DNA of 64,000 bases from Octopus bimaculoides (taxonomy: Eukaryota). The first letter of the stretch is position 1. Each line of letters starts with the position of its first letter. The translations under genes and the position numbers were made by a program. This document shows positions 1 to 11,658 of the stretch, one piece after another. The stretch lies in the NCBI RefSeq assembly GCF_001194135.2, contig NC_068983.1:17347982-17411981 (forward strand). The letters run 5' to 3'. A model generated the notes under the pieces. It saw only the letters and a program-made list of their open reading frames with translations. It did no database searches and had not been told where the DNA came from.

Positions 1-20
1 TATATATATATATATATATG

Positions 21-215
21 GGAGAATTTACAAAAAAAACAACAGACGAAGACAGGTGGTGTAAACAACAAATGGATGTATTAGTTTAACGCTCGGGAAT
101 AGAGAAAGTCTTTGACGTTTCGAGCCTACGCTCTTCAACTGAAAGGAACACAGAAAGAAATAAGGAGAGAAACAAGGAGAAAAAAAATATAGATGTAGTG
201 GTCAGTGATCTATCA
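21..215 (-). mobile_element. Family Q short retroelement (Penelope-like pLTR-type end) with hammerhead-like motif at 110-145
   Basis: Homologous to 6073-6220, 10700-10875, 17130-17580 and 58130-58310. Minus strand reads CTTT-CAGTTGA-A-GAGC-GTAG-GCTC-GAAACGTC-AAAG. Abuts (TA)n. Confidence 0.7.
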
Positions 216-731
216 TGGCGATGTGTGTGTGTACGTGTTCCTTTTATCTTGACATGTGCACACTTATTATACACAAAGGTCACCGTCATACAAATGATGT
301 CATTTTGTTTACAATCCTCAGTGAAGGAATGTTTGGCCATTGTTGTTTCAAGGACTTGGGGGAAAATGTTACCACAATTGAAAACAGGCAATGCTTGTCA
401 ACAGGAAAAGCATCCTGTAGAAAAATTGTCATCAACAAATTCCTTCTAACCCATGTGAGCATGGAAAAATGGGCATTAAAGCGATGATGATGATGACGAT
501 GATGATGATGACGATGATGATGATGACGATGACAACAATGGTAATGGAAGCATTAGATGTGAAAGATGATAATACATTTAGTTAATTATTGTTTCTAACT
601 ATTATCTGTGGGTCTAGTAAATTTCCACGTTTAATTACTAACATCCATCATTAATCCTCCTCTGTGTGTGTATGTATATATACATATTATATATATACAT
701 ACATATTATATAGACACATATTATATATACA

Positions 732-781
<50 letters not shown>

Positions 782-1357
782 NNNNNNNNNNNNNNNNNNN
801 NNNNNNNNNNNNNNNNNNNNNNNNNNNNNNNNNNNNNNNNNNNNNNNNNNNNNNNNNNNNNNNNNNNNNNNNNNNNNNNNNNNNNNNNNNNNNNNNNNNN
901 NNNNNNNNNNNNNNNNNNNNNNNNNNNNNNNNNNNNNNNNNNNNNNNNNNNNNNNNNNNNNNNNNNNNNNNNNNNNNNNNNNNNNNNNNNNNNNNNNNNN
1001 NNNNNNNNNNNNNNNNNNNNNNNNNNNNNNNNNNNNNNNNNNNNNNNNNNNNNNNNNNNNNNNNNNNNNNNNNNNNNNNNNNNNNNNNNNNNNNNNNNNN
1101 NNNNNNNNNNNNNNNNNNNNNNNNNNNNNNNNNNNNNNNNNNNNNNNNNNNNNNNNNNNNNNNNNNNNNNNNNNNNNNNNNNNNNNNNNNNNNNNNNNNN
1201 NNNNNNNNNNNNNNNNNNNNNNNNNNNNNNNNNNNNNNNNNNNNNNNNNNNNNNNNNNNNNNNNNNNNNNNNNNNNNNNNNNNNNNNNNNNNNNNNNNNN
1301 NNNNNNNNNNNNNNNNNNNNNNNNNNNNNNNNNNNNNNNNNNNNNNNNNNNNNNNNN

Positions 1358-1393
<36 letters not shown>

Positions 1394-1413
1394 AATATTA
1401 TATATATATATAC

Positions 1414-1447
<34 letters not shown>

Positions 1448-2001
1448 TTACACACATATGAGCTTGGTTTGATAATTGCTTGTCTGGAACATTTCAAAGA
1501 AACCATTATCTTGTAAAAGCTTCATGTACTTACAAGTATATTCATGTAATTTATTTCTAAGAGTCAGTTGGATCAATTAAAAATAATTCACTTGGGAATT
1601 GTATTATATCTACAAAGATAATGCCAAACCAAGGTTACTGAGTAAAAAGGAGAGAGAGAGAGAGAGAGGGAAAGAGAGAGAAAGAGAGGGACAGATAGAG
1701 AGAGATGTAAAACAAAAGAAACTAGAATGTGTTGAATGTAAAGTTAATTGAAAGTCATTCGACTGTGTGCCAAAATAAAATTAATGGTAAATGGAAACTT
1801 GCTATAGGGTAAGATAAATCTTCAGAGGAAGAACATTTTGGTCCATTAGTTCTTGACACTCTAAGGGAGGTAGGTCCACCTAGGTCATCACTCCAAGGTG
1901 TCCTCCTGCTGTTTTTGAAATATTAGAAAAGAAATATAAATTACAAAAAAAAAACAAAACAAAAAAATCTGTTGGAAATTTATAAATTCTTTTAAAGACG
2001 A

Positions 2002-2267
2002 GGCGCAGGAGTAGCTGTGTGGTAAGTAGCTTGCTTACCAACCACATGGTTCCAGGTTCAGTCCCACTGCGTGGCACCTTGGGGCAAGTGTCTTCTACTA
2101 TAGCCTTGGGCCGACCAAAGCCTTGTGAGTGGATTTGGTAGACAGAAACTGAAAGAANNNNNNNNNNGCAAGTGTCTTCTACTATAGCCTTGGGCCGACC
2201 AAAGCCTTGTGAGTGGATTTGGTAGACAGAAACTGAAAGAAGCCCGTCATATATATGTGTGTATATA

Positions 2268-2317
<50 letters not shown>

Positions 2318-2502
2318 TGTTTCTCCCACCCACCATTGCGTGACAACCGATGCTGGTGTGTTTACGTCTCCGTAAAAAGAGACCGATAGAATAAGTACTA
2401 GGCTTACAAAGAATAAGTCCCGGGGTCGATTTTCTCAACTAGAGGCAGTGCTCCAGCATGGCCGCAGTCAAATGACTGAAACAAGTAAAAGAGTAAAAGA
2501 GT
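2002..2502 (+). mobile_element. tRNA-derived SINE family A
   Basis: tRNA-like head (TGTGTGGTAAG...GGTTCAGTCCC), CCTTGGGCAAGTG core-like block, internal (TG)n and GTAAAAGA tail repeats. Near-identical to 11253-11658. The 10-N gap carries a duplicated overlap. Confidence 0.8.
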
Positions 2503-2585
2503 ATACATACATACTAAAAATAAAAGGAAACAAACAAAAGAAAATACATTGTTTTAAAAGACAATGAGTAGAAAGGTTTAATTAC

Positions 2586-2720
2586 CCGTTTCATAGAGTT
2601 TCATATTGAAGTAGTAATATGTTTCTGTAGCATCTTCAGTCCCAAAATTTGAACCAGAATCGGATGAACTGCTGTCATTTTCTTTGAAATATGCACGTCC
2701 CCAGAATTGAATCCAAACAC
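2586..2720 (-). CDS. Alpha-arrestin gene, second coding exon
   Basis: Acceptor TTTTTAG|GT and donor G|GTAATT. The 135-nt exon is phase 1 to 1 and open: (G)VWIQFWGRAYFKENDSSSSDSGSNFGTEDATETYYYFNMKLYET. It joins exon 1 in phase and fits the arrestin-N motif KG..I.F.G.A...(low-complexity loop)..A.E.Y. Later exons were not found in the window. Confidence 0.78.
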
Positions 2721-2841
2721 CTAAAAATTTATAGAAATATGCACATATGTTTGTATAAAAACCAATTTGAGAGAGAAAAGAGAAATAGAGACACAGGCAT
2801 ACTTACAGGCTAACCCAAAAGTCTGGATCCATTACTAATAC

Positions 2842-3268
2842 ATTATTTACATTATTTATATTTGACGGATATTTGTCCTCAACTTGTTTGTTGTTAACAC
2901 AATGTTTCGGCTGACATACCCTCCAGCCTTCATCAGGTGTCTTGGGGAAATTTTGAACCTAGGTTCTCATTCCTAAGGTATTTTTCAATGTTATTATTAT
3001 TATTATTATTATTATTAAGGTCACTGCTTGGAATCGAACTTGGAATCTTGGGGTTAGTAGCCCGCGCTCTTAACCGCTACACCATATGGAAGGTATATCA
3101 GCCGAAATGTGTTAACAACAAACAAGATGAGGAGAAATATCCGTCAAATATAAATAATGTACATAATTCCTCATCNNNNNNNNNNTTAACAACAAACAAG
3201 ATGAGGAGAAATATCCGTCAAATATAAATAATGTACATAATTCCTCATCTCTTAAATATAGAACTGTA
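2842..3268. mobile_element. Family P hammerhead-bearing tRNA-SINE, head-to-head inverted pair with 13-bp TSD
   Basis: Minus copy 2842-3085 has a tRNA head (TGGTGTAGCGG...GTTCGATTCC), (AAT)n and a hammerhead at 2896-2941. A plus 3' fragment follows at ~3088-3268. CCATTACTAATAC is duplicated at 2829-2841 and 3269-3281. Confidence 0.85.
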
Positions 3269-3390
3269 CCATTACTAATACTTCTTATATTCTAGTTGGG
3301 TTGTATTTTATATTTTATCTCTTCCAGATCAACCCAAAGCTTGTGAGTGAAACAGAGCAGATGGAAAATGTGTGGAGGCCCAACAGGTAG

Positions 3391-3686
3391 CAGGCCCATC
3401 ACCAGACTTTGACGCCTGAGGCTTCCAAATACTCTGGGTGGACACTAATTTGTATTGCGAGAAGATTTTTGTAAGCTGTATTTTCTAAATTTGAGGGTGC
3501 ATCATTGAATAGTGTGGGGGCAGTGTCATCCAGTGCACCCCCTTAACAATGGGCATGTCAGTTAGACTTCAAGAAATGCATTGCAGGAAGAATTTCATAA
3601 ACTGCATTTTCTAAATCTGAGGGTGAAACACTGAATAGTGAGGGGGGAAAAGTGCCATCCAATGGCCCTACTTAAGAATGGCCATT
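3391..3686. mobile_element. hAT-type MITE, CpG-decayed copy
   Basis: Colinear with 41747-42026, including the two ~120-bp internal units. TIR CAGGCCCATCACCAG is the decayed form of CAGGCCCGTCGCCAG. The 8-bp flanks ACAGGTAG/ATAGATGG differ only by transitions. Confidence 0.6.
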
Positions 3687-3869
3687 ATAGATGGTATGTA
3701 GCTGTAATTCAAAAGTCTTGCTTTGTCATACACTGTGTAATGCCAATTCTGCCTACGTGTGTCTGTGAAATACTTGGACAATAACACAACAGAGTAAGTG
3801 ATTCACTGAATCAGCAAACAACTGGCATACTCTGTGACAAAACCAAATGGGATCCATATATATATATAT

Positions 3870-5065
3870 ATCATCATCATCGTTTAACGTCCGCTTTCCA
3901 TGCTAGCATGGGTTGGACGATTTGACTGAGGACTGGTGAAACCGGATGGCTACACCAGACTCCAATCTAATTTGGCAGAGTTTCTACAGCTGGATGCCCT
4001 TGCTAACGCCAACCACTCAGAGAGTGTAGTGGGTGCTTTTACGTGTCACCCGCACGAAAACGGCCACGCTCGAAATGGTGTCTTTTATGTGCCACCCGTA
4101 CAAGAGCCAGTCCAGGGGCACTGGCAACGATCTCGCTCGAAAACCCTACAAGGCCAGTCAGGCGGTACTGGCAACGGTCACGCTCAGGATGNNNNNNNNN
4201 NNNNNNNNNNNNNNNNNNNNNNNNNNNNNNNNNNNNNNNNNNNNNNNNNNNNNNNNNNNNNNNNNNNNNNNNNNNNNNNNNNNNNNNNNNNNNNNNNNNN
4301 NNNNNNNNNNNNNNNNNNNNNNNNNNNNNNNNNNNNNNNNNNNNNNNNNNNNNNNNNNNNNNNNNNNNNNNNNNNNNNNNNNNNNNNNNNNNNNNNNNNN
4401 NNNNNNNNNNNNNNNNNNNNNNNNNNNNNNNNNNNNNNNNNNNNNNNNNNNNNNNNNNNNNNNNNNNNNNNNNNNNNNNNNNNNNNNNNNNNNNNNNNNN
4501 NNNNNNNNNNNNNNNNNNNNNNNNNNNNNNNNNNNNNNNNNNNNNNNNNNNNNNNNNNNNNNNNNNNNNNNNNNNNNNNNNNNNNNNNNNNNNNNNNNNN
4601 NNNNNNNNNNNNNNNNNNNNNNNNNNNNNNNNNNNNNNNNNNNNNNNNNNNNNNNNNNNNNNNNNNNNNNNNNNNNNNNNNNNNNNNNNNNNNNNNNNNN
4701 NNNNNNNNNNNNNNNNNNNNNNNNNNNNNNNNNNNNNNNNNNCCTTCCTGGCACGTGTAAAGACATTCGAGCGAGATCGTTGCCAGTGCCACTGGACTGG
4801 CTCCTGTGCAGGTGGCACGTAAAATACACCATTTTGAGCGTGGCCATTGCCAGTACCTCCTGACTGGCCTTCGTGCCGGTGGCACATAAAAGCACCCACT
4901 ACACTCTCGGAGTGGTTGGTGTTAGGAAGGGCATCCAGCTGTAGAAACTCTGCCAAATCAGATTGGAGCCTGGTGTAGCCATCTGGTTCACCAGTCCTCA
5001 GTCAAATCGTCCAACCCATGCTAGCATGGAAAGCGGACGTTAAACGATGATGATGATGATGATGA
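3870..5065. mobile_element. (GAT)n-tailed short retroposon family R: head-to-head pair spanning gap 4192-4743
   Basis: Left arm minus and right arm plus (…CATGCTAGCATGGAAAGCGGACGTTAAACGATGATG). Other copies or fragments at ~445-535, 5090-5350, 9420-9480, 16953-17120, 20170-20260, 23490-23680, 26830-26930 and 60735-60770. Confidence 0.7.
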
Positions 5066-5741
5066 TATATATATATGTATGTATGTTATTATCATCATCA
5101 CCCTCATCATTTAGCATCCACTCTCCATACTGGCATGGGTTAGACAGTTTGACTGGAGCTGATAAGCCAGAGAACTGCACCAGATTCCAGTCTGATTTGG
5201 CTTGGTTGCTACAGCTAGATCCTCTTTGGTCAAAGATGACCATGGAATTACACCTAGAAAGTTCCTCTCTAAAGCACAAATCCAGGTAAGGTTGTTTGTG
5301 GAAGACCAGCATACTAGTCTTCTCTCTCCATGCCACTGATGTTATCCAAGGGAAAAGTAAAGGCTGATACAGCTTGGCACCAGTGACATCGCAACTCATT
5401 TCTACAGCTGAATGAACTGGAGCAGCAACATGAAATAAAGTGTCTTGCTCAAGAACACAACACACAGCCTGGTCTGGGAAATGAACTCATGATTGTAAAC
5501 CCAACACTAACTACTTAGCCATGCGCCTTCACACACACACGTATATTTATTGCTTTAATGTCCCCTTTTCAATGCTTGCATGGTTTAGATGGCATTCATT
5601 GAGGCAAATTTTTTCTAGTCAGATGCTTTTCCTCTTACCAACCCTCATGGAAGATATGAAACAGAAGACATCAATTTGTGAGATGGTAACATTTGTTCAC
5701 AATAATCAAGTGAAGTCAAAACAAAGGGAGACAAACACACA

Positions 5742-5779
<38 letters not shown>

Positions 5780-6072
5780 NNNNNNNNNNNNNNNNNNNNN
5801 NNNNNNNNNNNNNNNNNNNNNNNNNNNNNNNNNNNNNNNNNNNNNNNNNNNNNNNNNNNNNNNNNNNNNNNNNNNNNNNNNNNNNNNNNNNNNNNNNNNN
5901 NNNNNNNNNNNNNNNNNNNNNNNNNNNNNNNNNNNNNNNNNNNNNNNNNNNNNNNNNNNNNNNNNNNNNNNNNNNNNNNNNNNNNNNNNNNNNNNNNNNN
6001 NNNNNNNNNNNNNNNNNNNNNNNNNNNNNNNNNNNNNNNNNNNNNNNNNNNNNNNNNNNNNNNNNNNNNNNN

Positions 6073-6215
6073 AAACAACAGATGAAAACAGGTGGTGTAG
6101 AAAACAAACAGATGTACTAGTATAGCGCTCGGGAATTGAGAAAGTCTTTAATGTTTCAAGCCTTCCACAGAAAGAAACAAGGAGAGAAAAAAATGTGTGT
6201 AGTGGTTAGCGATCT

Positions 6216-6220
<5 letters not shown>
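6073..6220 (-). mobile_element. Family Q copy with ribozyme region partly deleted
   Basis: Colinear with 40-210 but lacks the stem-II/core segment. Confidence 0.65.
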
Positions 6221-6258
<38 letters not shown>

Positions 6259-7499
6259 AATAGAAAGTCCTTGGTACAGTACCATATATTTGAAAAAAAT
6301 AAATAGAAATGGCTTTTCTGATAATTTTTCCACTTTAATAATTAGAAGTTAATAAGTTATAAGGTGTACCTTATGAACATCTAATTATTAAAGTGGAAAA
6401 ATTATCAGGAAAGCCATATCTATTTATTTTTTCAAATATATATATATATGAAGAAAGAACACATGTAAACACTACACCTGGAACCTCCCCTACATTGGAT
6501 CTAGAACTCACAGTGGATTGTGAAATGGCATGCCAGTGGGCATGTGTATATAATTTCAAATACAGGTATATTTGTATAGATGTGTGTAATGAGTTGTTCA
6601 TGTGCATGTATAAGTGTTAGGACATGTCTGTATATGCATGGATATATGCAGGAGTGTCTGTAAATGGTACATACATAGATATACTAATCTCAACCCTAAC
6701 TTGGTATCCTTATTATTAAAATGAATCCTACAAATAATATATATATACGTGTGTGTGTGTGTGTGTGTGTGTGTAGGTAGGTATATACAGACATATATAC
6801 ACACAGAAGCATTGTATAAATGCACACACATACACACACATCAATATACAATGGACTTCCTTTAGTATTCTTTTACCCAATCTACTCACAAGGCTTTCTA
6901 TAGGAGGAGATACTTGCCCAAGATATCATAAGTGAAACCACATGGTGTGGAAAGTAAGCTTCTTAATCATGCAGTCATACTATATATATCCTGACGGGGA
7001 TCAAATCAATACTAGATGGGTCGAAACAATTGTAGTGATTATTAATCATTCTTGTATCTTTCATCTTCCGTCTCTCTCTTTAATCAAATACCCAACGAAC
7101 ACTGAAAGTGAATGTGCTGCTCTACCACCATGTATATACCATATATAGACACTCCAGCATATATCTATGCACAGACAGACATGTCCTAACACATATACAT
7201 GCATATAAACAAATCGTTTGGTGATTCTCAAAGCAAATAAAGCTAGAAATAATAGTATGTAAATATTAAGTTAACCTCTTTCTGTCCAAAGAGTTTTCAA
7301 CCCAAATATTAACATGCTATTTTTTATAGCTTCATTCGCTTCAGGATTCCCCATGCTTAACAAAGAATTACTTCATGTTTGCAAAATGTCTAGATTCTTA
7401 TAATGTGTGTGTGTATGTCTTTAATACGCATATGTGTATGTATTTATACATGCACATACATGTGTGTGTATATACACAGATACACATATAAAATACATA

Positions 7500-7541
<42 letters not shown>

Positions 7542-7545
7542 GCAT

Positions 7546-7593
<48 letters not shown>

Positions 7594-8203
7594 CATGCAT
7601 TATGTGTGTATATATATGTGCATATGTATGTGTGTGTACATACACATCGTGTTAAGTTTAAAATAGGGAAAAAACTTCAAGATCCAAATGTCAAACAATG
7701 TTTTTAAGTAAATCTATTTCTACTGTCTTTATTTTTACTGGCTATTTTTCTTAGTAATTAACAGTATTTAATTTTTTCCTGGCAGTACTTTTTAATAGAT
7801 TTAACTCAACCATTGAGAGTATTATTTCATATATTTTTACAAGCTCGCTTGCTATGCTGCACTGGGGAAACATTTATAGAATTGATTTGCTTCTGGCTGA
7901 CGTAAAAATTACAAATAAAGAGACACCCGGAAAAATTTGCAGTGCATAGATCTATGCATGTTTTGTCAAATGTGACTCAGACTATCGACGGAGTGAAATG
8001 TTACCTTTCCTTTCAGTAAGTAAATTAACATCCCAGTGCTGCAGCATGTATTGTGTAGTTACTATGTTTTATACATTTGAAGCAATCTAATGCATAAAAA
8101 TAAATAATAACTAATATATGAAGGATGATATAATAGAAGTAATGTAACCCAGAATAGCTAATAAAAGAAATAATATATTGTATATTTGCATAATCACTTG
8201 CTG

Positions 8204-8275
8204 AGCAGAGTGGTGTAGTGGAAACATGCTGGGCTCATAACCCAGAGGTCTGTAGATCGAAACTGGACTCTGTGA
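8204..8275 (+). pseudogene. Initiator tRNA-Met (CAT) pseudogene
   Basis: 72 nt AGCAGAGTGGTGTAGTGGAAACATGCTGGGCTCATAACCCAGAGGTCTGTAGATCGAAACTGGACTCTGTGA is colinear with eukaryotic tRNAiMet (AGCAGAG acceptor, CTGGG/CCCAG anticodon stem, CAT, ATCGAAA T-loop). Most CpGs are mutated, and the T-stem and 3' acceptor strand are mismatched. Confidence 0.8.
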
Positions 8276-9672
8276 AGAAATAGATGCTATTTTTGATGTT
8301 TATACATAGCAACTGGGTTGTCTATAAATATATCAACCATATACATGTATATATATACCAACATGATTAGGTATAAATTATATCGTGCAATTGAAGTTTA
8401 TGCAGGGTCAAGGGGTCACCAATTGACTGGGATACACCAAAACCTTAGTAGCATAGTGGACAGAGATGACAACAACAGGACTTTTTGCTTAGTATATAAG
8501 ATTGGTTATTTCTTATAATTCTTGGCAAATATTTTAACATTTCGTTAGGATTTGGAATATTTTTTTTTCTACTCTAGGCACAAGACCNNNNNNNNNNGCA
8601 GTTGATTAGATTGACCCCAATATGCAACTGATACTTAATTTATTGAACCTGAAAGAAGAGAAGGCAAAGTTAACTTCAGTGGAGTTTAAACTCAGAATGT
8701 AAAGAGGATTTGGTATATTATATTCACTATGTTCATAGCTGGTTACACAGTTATATATTTCTACCTGATATTACCTTTGAAACAATAGTAAGCTGATTGT
8801 ATATAGCATCTTTAGAATGCAATATTTTCATGAAATACCAAGACATTGCCTATGTGTTTCAATTAAATTTGTNNNNNNNNNNGGGGGGGGGGAAGACATT
8901 ATTAATTTGTTGTTCTGGGGCAGTGGATTGAAAGAATCATAAGTGCTCTGCAGTATTTGTAATGGCTTGTTATATATTTGGGTTCAAACCCCACTTAAGT
9001 CAACTTTACTTTCCATTCTTAAGACAACTTTGGTTGCTATTTCTAACTGGTTGAGTAATCATGTAGAGCTTTTCTCATTGGCTTATAAAAGAAGTAACTG
9101 ACAGCAAATGCCGAGACATGGCAAGATAGTTGGTAGCTGGAATAGAGAGATAACTGAAAATAGTAGCAATGAGAAAGAATAATTAAAATATAAAGATATG
9201 TGTTATATAGAAATAGTAGCAGAAAAATAGATAATGAGTGACAGTAATAACATATTATTGATTTCTTTAGATTTAGGCCTGAAACCATTTAAGTGAAGGG
9301 CTATACCAGATTGAATTACAATTAGATTAGTATTAATACTTTTAGCAACCCTGGAGAAATGAAGAGGAAATAAAAAATCAATCCCAAAGGGATTCATTTA
9401 TTTCATCATTGTCATCATCACTACCATTGCCATTGCTGCTGTTTTAACATCCAATTTTTCATGCTTACATGGGTTAGATGAATTTCTTTAAGGCAGACTG
9501 ATTTTCTACAGCCAGATGCTCTTACTCTCACCAAACCTCACCAGGTAATATTTCCTTGGCACAGCTGTTTTGGTATTACCTATTTGGCATTCCTGGTTCA
9601 ATGCTGACTTATTTGGCAACAGATGCTTTAATGTTTTTCTCATCTTCTGCTCCTCTCTCTCTCTCTCTCTCA

Positions 9673-9703
<31 letters not shown>

Positions 9704-10699
9704 CAAGAATATGCATACTTATGCACACACACATGCCTTCTTACTAAACATATTTGCTCATTGCACATGTATTCATATGCACACATACACACAAACAACC
9801 AATAACACCCACATTCATGCACTCATACACCTGGTACACACACACACACACACATACCAGTCTTGTTTCTGTCAGCTTCCCCAGCTTCCCAGACAGCAAG
9901 ACACCACCAGGTTCCTGTCCAGCCATATGGTCCAAGAAATTCTCCTTTCTAACACATCTGGTGTCATTGAAATGCTGACTTTACCTCTAACAACACTATG
10001 TGGCCTGCCAATACCAATAGCTGTCCATTTTCTAGTAGCCATCTTGGACTTCCTGTGGTCCTCCATTTGATAATCTAAACTTAAATGACCTGGGTGTCTG
10101 TTAAACACTTGTGAAACTTTAAATCGAAAGGAGTTAAATCAAACTGTTTTAAATAATAATAATAAATACATAATATATATATGTAATACACACACACACA
10201 CACTTCAATTTAGTATTTGGTTTGCAAGATTCTTAATATGAATTCATGTGTTGAAACAAAATCTGTATTGTGTCTTGGGAGGATCATCATGCCAGTAATA
10301 ACACAGGCACTGGTTCAGTCTCACTTCTGGTATTGAACTAGTGTGTGTGTTATTCTTATTGCTGTAATGACCCTTCCAAGACACAAAAAAAAAAAATATA
10401 TATGCATATGTGTATAACCCCCCCCCCCAACACACACCAGTACATGAAACACATATCACTCCACAAAATGTATGCGCTAGGTTACTTATACACATACACA
10501 GGTCTACATACTTTTAAGCTCACCCCCACATACGTACTCATGCACCCACCTCCATTCACACATACACAAATTCATTCTCACGTACACACATGTGCTTGCA
10601 CACCCTAGTTTGGCTAACTCACTGTTATCTTTCTTTCACTGAACCTCCTTCTTCCAGCTATTCCATCATATTGAACCCTTAATCCCTATACATTTTTTT

Positions 10700-10875
10700 C
10701 TCTCTTCGTTTGTTTTTTGTTCTTTCCCCGTTTTTTTCTTGTTTTTTTTTCTACCTCTCAATCCTTTCTATCGAAGAGCATAGGCTTGAAACATCAAAGA
10801 CTTTTCTATTCTTCCCAAGCATTAAACTAATACACCTGCTTGTTGTTCCTTCAACTGTCTTCAGCTTTTGTAGTT
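10700..10875 (+). mobile_element. Family Q copy, CpG-decayed
   Basis: CTTTCTATCGAAGAGCATAGGCTTGAAACATCAAAGAC followed by TTAAACTAATACACC matches the reverse complement of 60-145. Confidence 0.7.
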
Positions 10876-11252
10876 CAATAGTAGTTCATGTATAAATTGG
10901 TAGGAAAAATAAGGATGCATGAGAGTTGAGAGTTTTGTTAGGTAAAAAAACATTTTCATTCTCCTTCTTCTTGATAATTTGCTTCTTCGCAATGAAAACC
11001 GGTTAGAAAAAATCTTTATTAAATTATGCTTCCAGTTCAGCATTCTGGCTTTTTTTCATTTTCCTNNNNNNNNNNNNNNNNNNNNNNNNNNNNNNNNNNN
11101 NNNNNNNNNNNNNNNNNNNNNNNNNNNNNNNNNNNCCCATGGTACCATACAATAAGATCAAATTTAGAAAACTCAGAACCGGATGGGTACAAAATGAACT
11201 TTTTCACAACATAGTCATCCCTGCACTGAGAAAATAGGAAAACATGCACAAT

Positions 11253-11658
11253 AGGTGCAGGAGTGGCTGTGTGGTAAGAAGCTTGCTTACCAACCATATG
11301 GTTCCGGGTTCATTCCCAACCTCATAGCAACTTGGATAAGTGTCTTCTACTATAGCCTCGGGCCGACCAAAGCCTTGTGAGTGGATTTGGTAGACGGAAA
11401 CTGAAAGAAGCCCGTCGTATATATGTATATATATATATGTGTGTGTGTGTGTTTGTCCCCCTAGCATCGCTTGACAACCGATGCTGGTGTGTTTATGTCC
11501 CCATCACTTAGCGGTTTGGCAAAAGAGACTGATAGAATAAGTACTAGGCTCCCAAAGAATAAGTCCCGGGGTCGATTTGCTTGACTAAAGGCGGTGCTCC
11601 AGCATGGCTGCAGTCAAATGACTGAAACAAGTAAAAGAGCAAAAAGAGAGTAAAGAGA
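11253..11658 (+). mobile_element. SINE family A copy
   Basis: Colinear with 2002-2502. Confidence 0.8.

Noticed and set aside
638-1516. Long ORFs of YI/HT/CV/SL repeats and X runs here and throughout the track
   Set aside because: They are translations of microsatellites and N gaps, not genes.
1730-1885. Open minus-strand frame after an AACAG acceptor as possible arrestin exon 3
   Set aside because: The only open frame needs phase 2, but exon 2 ends in phase 1. The phase-1 frame stops after eight codons and there is no FPF.F.LP motif in frame.
2002-2100. tRNA-like sequences at SINE heads as tRNA genes
   Set aside because: They have A/B boxes but no complete cloverleaf and continue into repeat bodies.
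2077-2240. Apparent tandem duplications around 10-N gaps (also 3111-3250)
   Set aside because: Identical sequence on both sides of a 10-N spacer indicates unmerged contig overlap.
7905-8020. Plus-strand frame ending at a GTAAGT donor (…TIDGVKCYLSF)
   Set aside because: No convincing acceptor, no recognisable homology and no partner exon.
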